From assembly GCA_964016885.1 (NCBI GenBank), contig OZ024752.1:47368001-47432000 (forward strand): 64,000 nucleotides of DNA, given 5' to 3'. The translations under genes and the position numbers were made by a program. The stretch's first letter is position 1. Every line of letters begins with the position of its first letter. Below the pieces are notes generated by a model. That model saw nothing but the letters and a program-made list of their open reading frames with translations. It was not told where the DNA came from and did no database searches. Of this stretch, positions 42,704 through 56,676 are shown piece by piece. This stretch comes from Eledone cirrhosa. Lineage: Eukaryota.

Positions 42704-42983
42704 CATACATATATATACTCCACCATTCAGACAAACAAACACACATACCACACAGGCTCCAACCCAAGCCCCTTCTCCCAGCCAGTCGCTCTCTTATACA
42801 CACAAGGGCAGCACTTCATGTCTCCCTCATCTAGCACAATCTGGGGTTTAGTGATGCAGAAGGTAAAACATGGCTTGGTTCAGATCAGTTCTTTTGCAGG
42901 GTTTTTGTTGGGGTTTTTCAATCACGTATCTATTTATTCAAACTCAGAAAATGATTCTCTGTAAACATATGTGTGAATGTATG

Positions 42984-43057
<74 letters not shown>

Positions 43058-43059
43058 CG

Positions 43060-43100
<41 letters not shown>

Positions 43101-43328
43101 GTATGTATATATATGTATATATATATATATAAAATCGTATGTATATATATATGTATGTATGTATATATATATATATGCATGTATATATATATATATATAT
43201 GTATGTATATATATATATGTATGTATATATATGTATATATATATATATAATCGTATGTATATATGTATATATATATATATATAAAATCGTATGTATATAT
43301 ATATATGTATGTGTATATATATATATGC

Positions 43329-43378
<50 letters not shown>

Positions 43379-43383
43379 GTATG

Positions 43384-43422
<39 letters not shown>

Positions 43423-43425
43423 ATG

Positions 43426-43460
<35 letters not shown>

Positions 43461-43567
43461 ATATATGCATGTATATATATATATATGTATGTATATATAT
43501 ATATATATATGTATGTATATATATATATATACGTATGTATGTATGTATATATATATATATATATAAG

Positions 43568-43622
<55 letters not shown>
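42175..43622. repeat. (TA)n, (CA)n and (TATG)n tracts
   Basis: Direct reading. Confidence 0.85.
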
Positions 43623-43625
<3 letters not shown>

Positions 43626-43784
43626 TGTCCACTTGTGTAATATATCATTATGTAATGTAGCCTATGCATATCTGAGAAAAGAAGAAAGAATCTCAATTCA
43701 AAACAAGTTTGGATGTCTAAAATTCTTGGTCAGTTCTTTATTCATCTAAGCGTTGTTGCTGCACATTCCTGCAAATATATGTTT

Positions 43785-45110
43785 ATGTGTATATCTATAT
43801 ATCTTTGTGTATGTCTATATATCTATATATCTTTGTGTATGTCTATATATCTATGTACCTTTGTGTATGTCTGTATATCTATATATCTTTGTGTATGTCT
43901 GAATATCCTTGTGTATGTCTTTATATCTATATATCTTTGTGTATGTCTGAATATATTTGTGTATATCTATATATCTTTGTGTATGTTTGAATATATTTGT
44001 GTATATCTATATATCTTTGTGTATGTCTGTATATCTATATCTCTTTGTGTATGTCTGTATGTCTATATATCTTTGTGTATGTCTGTATATCTTTGTGTAT
44101 GTCTATATATCTATATATCTTTGTGTATGTCTATATATCTATATATCTTTGTGTGTCTATATATCTATATATCTTTGTGTATGTCTGTATATCTATATAT
44201 CTTTGTGTATGTCTATATATCTATATATCTTTGTGTGTCTATATATCTATATCTCTTTGTGTATGTCTATATATCTATATATCTTTGTGTATGTCTATAT
44301 ATCTATATATCTTTGTGTATGTCTATTATCTTTGTGTATGTCTGTATATCTATATATCTTTGTGTATGTCTGTATATCTATATATCTTTGTGTATGTCTG
44401 TATATCTTTGTGTATGTCTGTATATCTATATATCTTTGTGTATATCTATATATCTATATATCTTTGTGTATGTCTGTATATCTATATATCTTTGTGTATG
44501 TCTGTATATCTATATATCTTTGTGTATGTCTGTATATCTATATATCTTTGTGTATATCTATATATCTTTGTGTATGTCTGTATATCTATATATCTTTGTG
44601 TATGTCTATATATCTATATCTCTTTGTGTATGTCTATATATCTATATATCTTTGTGTATGTCTGTATATCTATATATCTTTGTGTATGTCTATATATCTT
44701 TGTATATATCTATATATCTTTGTGTATGTCTGTATATCTATATACCTTTGTGTATGTCTATATATCTTTGTGTATGTCTATATATCTTTATATCTTTGTG
44801 TATGTTTGAATATATTTGTGTATGTCTGTATATCTATATATCTTTGTGTATGTCTGTATATCTATATATCTTTGTGTATGTCTATACATCTATATCTCTT
44901 TGTGTATATCTATATATCTTTGTGTGTCTATATATCTATATATCTTTGTGTATGTCTGTATATCTATATATCTTTGTGTATGTCTGTATATCTATATATC
45001 TTTGTGTATGTCTATATATCTATATATCTTTGTGTATGTCTATATATCTATGTATCTGTGTATGTCTGTATATCTATATATATCTATGTGTATCTGTGTA
45101 TATCTATATA
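43785..45110. repeat. ~28-bp TA-derived minisatellite (ATCTTTGTGTATGTCTGTATATCTATAT)
   Basis: Direct reading. Confidence 0.9.
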
Positions 45111-45328
45111 ACTGTGTATGTCATGTATGTATGTCCGTGTGTATATATGTATGTATATGCTTTTATGTATGTCTATGTGTGCATATATATATAGAGAGAT
45201 AGATATATATATATATATATAAAATGAAAGTCTTATACGCAGACAGATGAAAATTGTGTATGAGGGGAAACAGTGAGATACATATATGATAACAAACCAC
45301 ACATACATACATATATACACATACACAT

Positions 45329-45364
<36 letters not shown>

Positions 45365-45445
45365 GCATATATATATATATATGCATATATATATATATGC
45401 ATGTCTATGTTTTTATGTATGTCTCTGTGTGCATATATATATATA

Positions 45446-45501
<56 letters not shown>

Positions 45502-45772
45502 TATCTATATATACACTCATACAAATACATGCATACATACATATATACACTCACCACACATACATACATCCATGCGGCATATGTAAAAGAAAAGCAAATG
45601 TTTGTAGAATCATTGGATTGCTAGAAATCTGCTTCTTCTCTTTTATGTTTATATTTGGTTGTTTTTTCCAGAAGTTCTTTTACTGGAATCTAATGGACAT
45701 TTGAACACAGCGAGGTTAATAGTTGATCGTAGTGAACTAAGATAGGATCTAAGAAGTATGTAATGCTTTAGA

Positions 45773-45843
<71 letters not shown>

Positions 45844-46011
45844 ATTTAGTATATCTACTAACATATGCGTACAGATGTACGCTAATGCTAGCAAATACAT
45901 AAGTTATGTCATAGTACCTAGGTGGTTCAATGCAGGAGGATGCAGAACAATAATATGAAAGATGTAAAATAAGAAAATTTTAAAAAGTATTAAAAAAATT
46001 AACTTACTTAC

Positions 46012-46061
<50 letters not shown>

Positions 46062-46242
46062 AATCTATCTATCTAATAAATAATTTTATTGCTTATTTAA
46101 AGATTCACTTCTTTAAAATTTTCAAATGTCAACATTTCCGGTTAGTTGCCGTTATATTATAACACTTATAAAAACATCGCATATATTTCTGTTGCTAATT
46201 TTCTCCTAATGCAGTTTATATATAATATCATCTTTTTTTTAA

Positions 46243-46462
46243 CCCTTTAGCATTCAGATTACTCTATATATACTATTGTATTTTCATGGTAAAGGCTTTA
46301 CCTCACATAATTATCTCACATAGTATCGAATCTGTGAGATCTTGAAAGTATTTATTTTGAGAACAATACCTTAACATCAGTTTGAGCGACCAGTTACAGC
46401 CAGTTTCAACAGAGAGGGGTAGAGAATTCTGGCCGGTTTTGGCTGGTTTGAACACTAAAGGG
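46243..46462 (-). mobile_element. Intact 220-bp piggyBac-like MITE
   Basis: TTAA|CCCTTTAG ... CTAAAGGG|TTAA. Confidence 0.85.
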
Positions 46463-47289
46463 TTAATGTATCATGGATTACGTGACTGATTAAATAAGAG
46501 AGTGTAACACAGTCTTCATTCAATTTCTGTGTATATTGTCAATTACGATTTTATTTGACATATCATATCTACATGTATATATTATATTTGCATATAATAT
46601 CAATATACACACTATACATGCTAACAGAAACACGCCCGAAGGGTGGTTTTCTGCTAGTATATATAACACAATGAAAGGTCCAGTGATCCGAGGAAATATC
46701 CAAGAGTGGATGGTGAAGGAAATGGACGGAAACAACAAGTCCAACTCACAGAACTTATTCTTCCAAATGTCCACCTCCACCCTAACAAGAATAACTCTCC
46801 CTCTTTCTCCTCTAACTCTCTCTCTCTCTCTCTCTCAGTTGTTCAGGAACCCTGGATTTCAAATATTTCCACTAGCATGGCTTCAACAATAAATCTTTCA
46901 GAGAAGAAGAAGAAGAAGCTGCAGCTTTGTGTATTGTTTATTGAGAAATAAGTCAGTTGATGGTGATTGGAGATCAAAATGAGGAAAATATAGCATAGAT
47001 GTAAATTATTAAAACATATTTCATGTGTAAAAGATGAAGCTAATTGTCTGAAATTAATTATTATCCTGTTAACAATAACTCATCTCAGATGTTGAGATAT
47101 TTAAAGATAAAACTGGAAAAGACAAGAGAGAAGGATTGGAAGAAGATAAAGTGTGATAGAGAAGGAAAAAGGAAAGTACAGAGAGAGACAGAGAGAGAGA
47201 GAGGGGGGGGTTAGGAAAGAGAGAGAGTTATGAGAGAGGGTGAGTTAGGGGAGAGAGAGAGTTAGGGGAGCGAGAGAGAGTTAGGAGAC

Positions 47290-47320
<31 letters not shown>

Positions 47321-47801
47321 AAGAGATAGATTGAGAATTAGGGGAGAAATAGATGGAGTGTGTGTGTGTGAGAGAGAGAAAGAGAGAGAGAGGGGGGAGG
47401 GAGAGAGGGAGAGAGAGGGAGAGAGAGAGAGGGGGGAGGGAGAGAGAGAGGGAGAGAGAGATAGAGGGTGGTATAATATAAAAGAAAAGAATAAGTAAAT
47501 GAGAGTAAGATGTATTTTATAGCAACGATCTGTTAACAAAGGGACCTGATAATGTTATTGATGACAGCATAACATGCGTGTGTATATATATATATATACA
47601 GCATATATAGTATGACAAGTATATATATATATATAGCATATATAACATAACAAGTGTGGGTGTATATATATATATATATGTGTGTATATGTATATTTATA
47701 TATTCATATATATATATATGTATATTTATATATTCATATATACACACACACACACACAAACACACATGCACACACACACACACACACGTACACACACACA
47801 T

Positions 47802-47856
<55 letters not shown>

Positions 47857-48283
47857 GCATAACAAGTGTGAATTGTCTGAGAGGAGAGCAATCAATAAGT
47901 TTAATGGACAGTGGCTTTCTTTTGAATAGGAGAGGCAGAGAGTGGGAGAATGGTGACATATGAGAAGGGGAGAGTGGGAGGATGGTGACAATGAGAGAGG
48001 GGGAGAGTAGTTGGATGGTGACAATAAGAGAGGGAGGGAGTGGGAGGATGGTGACAATAAGAGAGGGAGGGAGAGTGGGAGGATGGGGACAATAAGAGAG
48101 GGGGAGATTAGTTGGATGGTGACAATAAGAGAGGGAGGGAGTGGGAGGATGGTGACAATAAGAGAGGACAAAGGAGAGAAATGATGATAACAAGAGAGGA
48201 AAAAAGAGTAATAATAAAAAGGAGGAAAGGGAAAAATTGTGACAAAAAGAAAAAGAAAACAATATATATATATATATAATATA

Positions 48284-48471
48284 ATAATTGTTTCTACTTC
48301 TGGCACAAGGCCAGCAATTACCCAGTGTATTACTGGTAGTTTATTTTATCGACCCCGTAAGGATGAAAGGCAAAGTTAACCTTGGCGCGATTTGAACTCA
48401 GAATGGCAAGGAGCGTAACTCTATGCGTCAAAGCATAGTGTCCGACCCTCTACCGATACTGCCAATCCACC
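48284..48471 (-). mobile_element. SINE family B
   Basis: Homology to the other copies. Confidence 0.85.
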
Positions 48472-48625
48472 AATGAAATACACACACACATTCATATGTA
48501 TATGTGTATATGAGTGTTGCGTCCACCTTAACAAGTTTTGCTCGATGACCGAAAGAGCTAAAATAATTAAAATAATTAAAAGAACCCAATAATCAGAGCT
48601 ATTTATCAAATTACAAAATATGAGG

Positions 48626-48762
48626 AAATAATAGACAAAAATATAGCTCTTTTCTACAAAGTTCCGACTGCAGTTTCGCCGATCCATGTGCAACAATTTC
48701 TGCACTATAAAACTGCAGTCAGAACTTTGAAGAAAAAATATGTATATTTTTGTCTATTATTT
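48626..48762. mobile_element. Decayed fold-back element with hammerhead 3' halves
   Basis: Arms 48626-48676 and 48710-48762; minus strand CGAA-ACTGCAGT-C with palindromic stem III and GUC site. Confidence 0.6.
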
Positions 48763-48766
48763 TGTC

Positions 48767-48807
<41 letters not shown>

Positions 48808-49035
48808 GTTTAGGATTATCCTAGATGTAGTAATGGTTAAGTACTACACTGGATATGGTTAAGTAATGGTTAAGTACTACACTGGATATGGTGAGTTCTA
48901 CAAATAGTTGAAAATTTGCACATAGCATAACTAGGCTGTATTACCACCGTGGAAACATTTGTAAACACACGGAATAAATTACCTTTTTTATGATGTCTAC
49001 CTGTTATTATTCATTCTTTATATATATATATATGC

Positions 49036-49079
<44 letters not shown>

Positions 49080-49222
49080 ATAGACAAAAAATATTAAAAA
49101 AAATATAATATTCACGTTTTTCTGTTTTAATAAATAGCAATATATATGCATTTTTTATTCTTTTAATTGGTTTCAGGCATTGGCATGTGGCCCCTCTTGC
49201 AGGTCAGCACTTCTATTTAGGC

Positions 49223-49414
49223 CAGGCATGTCAAACTCAGGGTCCCCCGAGGGCCACATGTGTCACATATGTGTTGTCTGAGGACCACACATTACAACTA
49301 ATTGCGTCGCACATTACAACTAATATTTTTTAATTTTCTATTACGCTCGCGCTGTAAAAACCTTTGTGCGGGTCACAGGTGTGCTTGTAAAGGGCTGCAT
49401 GTTTGACATGCCTG
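49223..49414. mobile_element. hAT-superfamily MITE (192 bp)
   Basis: Perfect 14-bp TIR CAGGCATGTCAAAC; 8-bp TSD ATTTAGGC at 49215-49222 and 49415-49422. Confidence 0.9.
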
Positions 49415-49740
49415 ATTTAGGCCAACCAGACAGCTGCCTACGGTGTAAACTTCAGATAGATGCATTACTGAAACTTAAAAGATCAGAGTTTCTTACAAAT
49501 TTGTATAATTAGATATAAAATGATTTCCTACAATTAATAAACAAATGGCTAAACACTGTAGCCACATAACAGCATTGTAGTTCAGTGGGTCGTTTAGTGT
49601 TATGACTTGTCACATGATTTGGTGTGGGTGAGTGTGGACTGTGTAGTGGAAACTGCAGGTTTAGTAATCCTTTCTTAGTGTAGTCAGAGCAAGAAGTGTC
49701 AAAATCGAGGTACATCAGCTTACCAAATTCTAAGCCAAAT

Positions 49741-50671
49741 CCAGCCAAAATTCTCTGACCTCTTTCTGTTCAAACCAGTCATAACTGGCCACTCATACCT
49801 ACTTTAAGGTATTGTTCTCAAAATAAATAACATCAAAACCTCATAGATTTGATATTATGTGAGATAATTGTGCAACATAAAGCCTTTACTGTGAAAATAC
49901 AATAGTAAAAACCTCATAGATTTGATATTATGTGAGATAATTGTGCAACATAAAGCCTTTACTGTGAAAATACAATAGTAAAAACCTCATAGATTTGATA
50001 TTATGTGAGATAATTGTGCAACATAAAGCCTTTACTGTGAAAATACAATAGTAAAAACCTCATAGATTTGATATTATGTGAGATAATTGTGCAACATAAA
50101 GCCTTTACTGTGAAAATACAATAGTAAAAACCTCATAGATTTGATATTATGTGAGATAATTGTGCAACATAAAGCCTTTACTGTGAAAATACAATAGTAA
50201 AAACCTCATAGATTTGATATTATGTGAGATAATTGTGCAACATAAAGCCTTTACTGTGAAAATACAATAGTAAAAACCTCAGAGATTTGATATTATGTGA
50301 GATAATTGTGCAACATAAAGCCTTTACTGTGAAAATACAATAGTAAAAACCTCATAGATTTGATATTATGTGAGATAATTGTGCAACATAAAGCCTTTAC
50401 TGTGAAAATACAATAGTAAAAACCTCATAGATTTGATATTATGTGAGATAATTGTGCAACATAAAGCCTTTACTGTGAAAATACAATAGTAAAAACCTCA
50501 GAGATTTGATATTATGTGAGATAATTGTACAACATAAAGAAGCCTTTACTGTGAAAATACAATAGTAAAAACCTCAGAGATTTGATATTATGTGAGATAA
50601 TTGTACAACATAAAGAAGCCTTTACTGTGAAAATACAATAGCAAATATAGAACAATGTAAATGCTAAAAGG
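49741..50671 (+). mobile_element. piggyBac-like MITE copy with an internal 73-bp array (11 units, about 49835-50641)
   Basis: Body matches 46243-46462; unit AAAAACCTCATAGATTTGATATTATGTGAGATAATTGTGCAACATAAAGCCTTTACTGTGAAAATACAATAGT. Confidence 0.85.
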
Positions 50672-51074
50672 TGAAATTTTGCTCAAAATTCTAATTATTT
50701 TCGAAATTATATGAAAATTATAAAGAGTGTCTTTCATTGAAAATATATAGTAAAGATATGAAACTCCAGCAAGATTTGAACACAGTTATATATATGAGGC
50801 TAAAAATAAATTTAGATCATTGCTACATTTATTTCTAGTAAATAAACTGTACACTGCCATAATAAACAAATAAATAGACTAGACAATAATAACATCAACA
50901 GTCATAACTTCTTACATTCACAAGAACAATGACGATAACAACAACAACAACAACAACAAAATGCTCCTGATCTCTTTTATGCTTCAAATTATGAAATTAG
51001 TATTTTTCTGAATAGATAGTTTGTGTCGATTGTGTGTGTATATGTTTGTGGTGTGGTGTGGTGTTTCCAAATGA

Positions 51075-51179
51075 GTATGTGTATGCATGTGTATATATAT
51101 ATGTGTGTAAATATATATGTATATATGTATGTATATATATATATGTATGTATATATATATATATGTATGTATGTATATG

Positions 51180-51213
<34 letters not shown>

Positions 51214-51379
51214 AATGAAAGGTATAGAAAATATTGTAGCAAAAAGCCAATATATATATATATATGTATATATATATATGTATATATATATGTATATAAA
51301 AGCCAATATATATATATATATGTATATATATGTGCATATGTGTACAACTGTATGTATGAGTGTATATAAGTATATATGA

Positions 51380-51465
<86 letters not shown>

Positions 51466-51467
51466 AT

Positions 51468-51519
<52 letters not shown>

Positions 51520-51591
51520 GTATGTATATGTATATATATATATATATATATGTATATAAATGAAAGGTATAGAAAATATTGTAGCAAAAAG

Positions 51592-51670
<79 letters not shown>

Positions 51671-51718
51671 GTGCATATATGTACAACTGTATGTATGAGT
51701 GTATATAAGTATATATGA

Positions 51719-51770
<52 letters not shown>

Positions 51771-51818
51771 CTATGTATATGTACAACTGTATGTATGAGT
51801 GTATATAAGTATATATGA

Positions 51819-51854
<36 letters not shown>

Positions 51855-51859
51855 CTATG

Positions 51860-51908
<49 letters not shown>

Positions 51909-52142
51909 ATATATATATGTATATAAATGAAAGGTATAGAAAATATTGTAGCAAAAAGCCAATATATATATATATGTATATATATATGTATATAAATATG
52001 TATATATATATGTATATAAAAGCCAATATATATATATATATATATACATATATATATGTATATATATGTGTATATATATGTACAACTGTATGTATGAGTG
52101 TATATAAGTATATATGACTGTATATATATATATATACATATA
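51075..52142. repeat. (TA)n tract with a triplicated block AAATGAAAGGTATAGAAAATATTGTAGCAAAAAGCCAAT
   Basis: Block at about 51213, 51558 and 51925. Confidence 0.85.
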
Positions 52143-52595
52143 TGTTATATTTTTTTCTACAATTATGACAACCACAGTCGGACATTCCATTTTTTTTCCT
52201 TTACTTTTCATCTTATTTAATCATATTTACTTGATGTCTTTTTCAGTGGGTGGGAGGGTGGTGTAGGTGGTGTGGGTGGGGGGATTTATAATGTTTTGTT
52301 TTTCACTTCATTTATTGTCAATAACCAAAACTCTGGCTGAAAAGACAGAGAGACCACCAAACAGACAGACAGAAAGCTGTAAACAAAACAAATAAACATA
52401 AAAAGAAAAACAACGCAAACAACAACATCACAAAAAAAGACACTACCCCCCCCCCCCCCCCCCCACACACATTCTCCAACACATTATTCTACAAATAGAT
52501 AAATAAATCAAATATAAAACAAAAACAAAAAACAATCACCTCAAAAAGTAAATATATAAATATACATATATATATATATTTATATGAAGGCACAT

Positions 52596-52898
52596 GAAGG
52601 CACATGGCTTAGTGGTTAGAGCATTGGCCTTGCAATCGAAAGGTTGTGAGTTCAATTCTCAGACCGGGTGATGTGTTGTTTCCTTGAGCAAGACACTTTA
52701 ATTCACATTGCTCCAGTTTACTCATTCCACTGCAAAGTGGTCGTGGAGGTGCCACGGCAAAAAAGCACCCATCACTCACTGTAAATGAGGTTGGTGTTAG
52801 GAAGGGCATCCAGCTGTAGAAATCAACCCAGAATCAGTTCCCGTCCCACCCTTGCAAGCAGGGAAAAAGGGGACGTAAAATGATGATGATGATGATGA
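52596..52898 (+). mobile_element. SINE family A with an internal deletion
   Basis: Homology to 37616-37948. Confidence 0.9.
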
Positions 52899-53375
52899 TT
52901 ATATACAAATAAAGATTCAGTGAGAATCGCATTTCGGCGGGCAGGAAAAGTGAAGCAAAACCCAAAAATCAGAAATGATACTGGCAAAGTGCTCAATAGT
53001 TTAAAACCAGAGCTAAACAATGTGTTAAGAAGCCATACAAAACTGAAAAGGTGGTCAAGAAAGCATTAACCACCCAAGCCAAAAACCAAATCAAGCTAAA
53101 CAGGTCAAAACAAAATAAATGGTATACATGCATATATATATATACATATGTATATATATGCATGTATCATCATCATCATCATATATGTATATATATATAT
53201 ATATACATATATACAGACACATATATATATATATACACAGATATATATACACACAAATATACATATATATATATACACATATACATATATATATACACTA
53301 TATACACACATATATATATATACATATATATATACACACACATACACACACACACACATATATATATATACATAT

Positions 53376-53440
<65 letters not shown>

Positions 53441-53513
53441 TAAAAAGGAAAAGAAAATGGTGACAAATTTTTCCCAGTGAAAAATAGTTTAATTAGGAAT
53501 AAGTATAAATTAG

Positions 53514-53702
53514 TAATTGTTTCTACTTTAGGCACAAGGCCAGAAATTACCCAGTGCATTACTGGTACTTTATTTTATCGACCCCGTAAGGATGAAAGGC
53601 AAAGTCAACCTTGGCGAGATTTGAACTCAGACCGTAAAGGGACGTAACTATGCTGGAAAGCATGGCGTCCGACCCTCCACCGATACTGCCAATCCACCGC
53701 CC
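53514..53702 (-). mobile_element. SINE family B
   Basis: Homology to the other copies. Confidence 0.85.
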
Positions 53703-53884
53703 TAAGTATTGGTTAGTATTCAGTTTTAGTTATAAGTTTTTACCGGTTGCACATTTCTTATGCTTTTCAAAAATAATTTTGAGATAGAGCGCTCATGATT
53801 TTTGCTCTAATCTGATCAGTTTTGGAAATTCTTCCTGTTTTATGTGAAAAAAGTGGCTTGGGAAGTATTAAGATTTGGTTGGTT

Positions 53885-54078
53885 GTTGAATGTCACGTGA
53901 ATAAGTACTATAAATTTCGCGCCAATTCGTGTTGCAAAAATTCTTGTAGTCAAAACAATTTTGATTGGTCGATAGAGGTCACGTGAATGTTTAAATTGAT
54001 TTTAGCGCGAGCTGGTTTCGCGCCAAATGTAGGTTTGTGGAAGAGTGTCCTTTTGCGCTTGATTGAGTTGCAGTCATG
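53885..54078. promoter_or_regulatory. Candidate E2F / E-box / CCAAT promoter
   Basis: GTCACGTGA at 53892 and 53978; TTTCGCGCCAA at 53915 and 54016; TTTAGCGCG at 54001; ATTGG at 53964; locally high CpG. Confidence 0.6.
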
Positions 54079-54398
54079 TTGAGAGGTCAACAGCTCAGAT
54101 GTCTATTAAGACAAATATGTGTGTGTGTGTGTGTGTGTAGCAAAGTGGTTTATGGTTGTGATAATGGAAATGAATTGGTCAGTAGGAATGTGTGTGTACG
54201 TGTGTGTGTACATGTGTGTGTGTGTGTGGGGGGGGGGGGGGTTAGTGAAGTGACCAGTTTACATAGTAGTTTGAATGACAGTAGTTAATTAGAGGTAATT
54301 AGTAGCTGCTTTGTTTAACCTTTGTTGTTTTTTCGTCAGCTTTGATTTAGTGTTTCATTTAATTAGGATTAGAACAATTGGAACAGCAATGGAGATGT

Positions 54399-54756
54399 TA
54401 ACAACAACAACAACAGTAATAACAGTAACAATAACAACAACAACAGCAGCAGTAATAACTGCAATAACAACAGTAGCTATAAACAACAACAATAACAACA
54501 AACATGACAACAACAACAGTAACAACAATAACAACAGTAACAATAACAACAACAGCAACAACAATAACAACAGTAACAATAACAGTAACAACAATAACAA
54601 CAATAACAACAATAACAGTAACAACTACATCATCAAGTGATGACAGCAACCCAAATAATAACAACAGCAACAACAACAATAGTAACATCAACAACAATAA
54701 CAGCAACAACAACAACAATAGTAACAACAACAATAGTGACAACAAACAACAACAGT

Positions 54757-54790
<34 letters not shown>

Positions 54791-55070
54791 GTAACAACAG
54801 TAACAGCAAGCAACAACAGTAACAACAATAACAACAACAACAGTAACAACAGTAACAGCAAGCAACAACAGTAACAACAATAACAACAACAACAGTAACA
54901 ACAGTAACAGCAAGCAACAACAGTAACAACAATAACAACAACAACAACCGTAACAACAGTAACAGCAAGCAACAACAGTAACAACAACAATAACAACAAC
55001 AACAACAGTAACAGCAACAACAGTAACAGCAAACAACAACAACAGTAACAGCAAACAACAACAACAACAC
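54399..55070. repeat. (AAC)n microsatellite
   Basis: Direct reading. Confidence 0.9.
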
Positions 55071-55151
55071 CATTGTGTACAAGTAATAAAGATAACAACA
55101 GCAACAATAACAACAACAAGACTTTAAATGTATTGCAATTAACCTGTTGCT

Positions 55152-55322
55152 TATTGTTTCTACTATTGGCACAAGGCCAGCAATTACCCCAGTGTATTAC
55201 TGGTACTTTATTTTATTGACCCCGTAAGGATGAAAGGCAAAGTTAACATCGGCGGGATTGGAACTCAGATCATAAAGAGCCGTAGCTCTACGCTGCAAAG
55301 CATGGTGTCTGACGCTCTACCC
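55152..55322 (-). mobile_element. SINE family B
   Basis: Homology to the other copies. Confidence 0.8.
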
Positions 55323-55324
55323 CC

Positions 55325-56676
55325 AAGGTTATTTGAGGAAGACCAGCAGTCACCCATGCATACCAGTCTCCCCTCTCCATTCCACCGATGTTGTCCAAGG
55401 GAAATGCAATGGCAAATACAGCTTGGCACCAGTGACATCACAACATATACTCTATATATATATATATATACACCTGTACTCTCTATATATACTCTCTATA
55501 TACACTATATATGATGTTGTCCAAAGGAAAGGTAATGGCTGATATAGCTTGTCACCAGTGACATCACAACATATACTCTATATATATATACACCTGTACT
55601 CTCTATATATACTCTATATATATACACTATATATGATGTTGTCCAAAGGAAAGGTAATGGCTGATATAGCTTGTCACCAGTGACATCACAACATATACTC
55701 TATATATATATATACACCTGTACTCTCTATATATACTCTATATATATACACTATATATGATGTTGTCCAAAGGAAAGGTAATGGCTGATATAGCTTGTCA
55801 CCAGTGACATCACAACATATACTCTATATATATATATAACTACTTTATATATATACACTATATATGATGTTGTCGAAAGGAAAGGTAATGGCTGATATAG
55901 CTTGTCACCAGTGACATCACAACATATACTCTATATATATATACACCTGTACTCTCTATATATACTCTATATATATACACTATATATGATGTTGTCCAAA
56001 GGAAAGGTAATGGCTGATATAGCTTGTCACCAGTGACATCACAACATATACTCTATATATATATATACACCTGTACTCTCTATATATACTCTATATATAT
56101 ACACTATATATGATGTTGTCCAAGGGAAAGGTAATGGCTGATATAGCTTGTCACCAGTGACATCACAACATATACTCTATATATATATACACCTGTACTC
56201 TCTATATATACTCTATATATATACACTATATATGATGTTGTCCAAAGGAAAGGTAATGGCTGATATAGCTTGTCACCAGTGACATCACAACATATACTCT
56301 ATATATATATACACCTGTACTCTCTATATATACTCTATATATATACACTATATATGATGTTGTCCAAGGGAAAGGTAAGGTAATGGCTGATATAGCTTGT
56401 CACCAGTGACATCACAACATATACTCTCTATATATACACCTGTACTCTCTATATATACTCTATATATACACTATATATGATGTTGTCCAAGGGAAAGGTA
56501 ATGGCTGATATAGCTTGGCACCAGTGACGTCACAACTCATTTCTACAGCTGAGTAAACTGGAGCAACATGAAATAAAGTGTCTTGCACAAGGTCACAACG
56601 CATCACCTGGTCCGAGAATTGAACTCACAACCTTTTGATTGCAAGCCCAATGCTCTAACCACTAAGCCATGCACCT
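55325..56676 (-). mobile_element. SINE A-related subfamily containing a ~120-bp tandem array (10 units, 55387-56537)
   Basis: Family A head at 56537-56676; unit GATGTTGTCCAA.GGAAAGGTAATGGCTGATATAGCTTGTCACCAGTGACATCACAAC plus a TA-rich linker. Confidence 0.75.

Noticed and set aside
46536-46892. 118-aa non-repetitive ORF and a small hairpin at about 46615-46660
   Set aside because: No recognisable motif; it spans AT-rich and CT-repeat sequence; the hairpin lacks a ribozyme core.
55387-56537. CRISPR-like repeat/spacer appearance
   Set aside because: The spacers are near-identical, the context is eukaryotic, there are no cas genes, and the repeat is SINE-derived.
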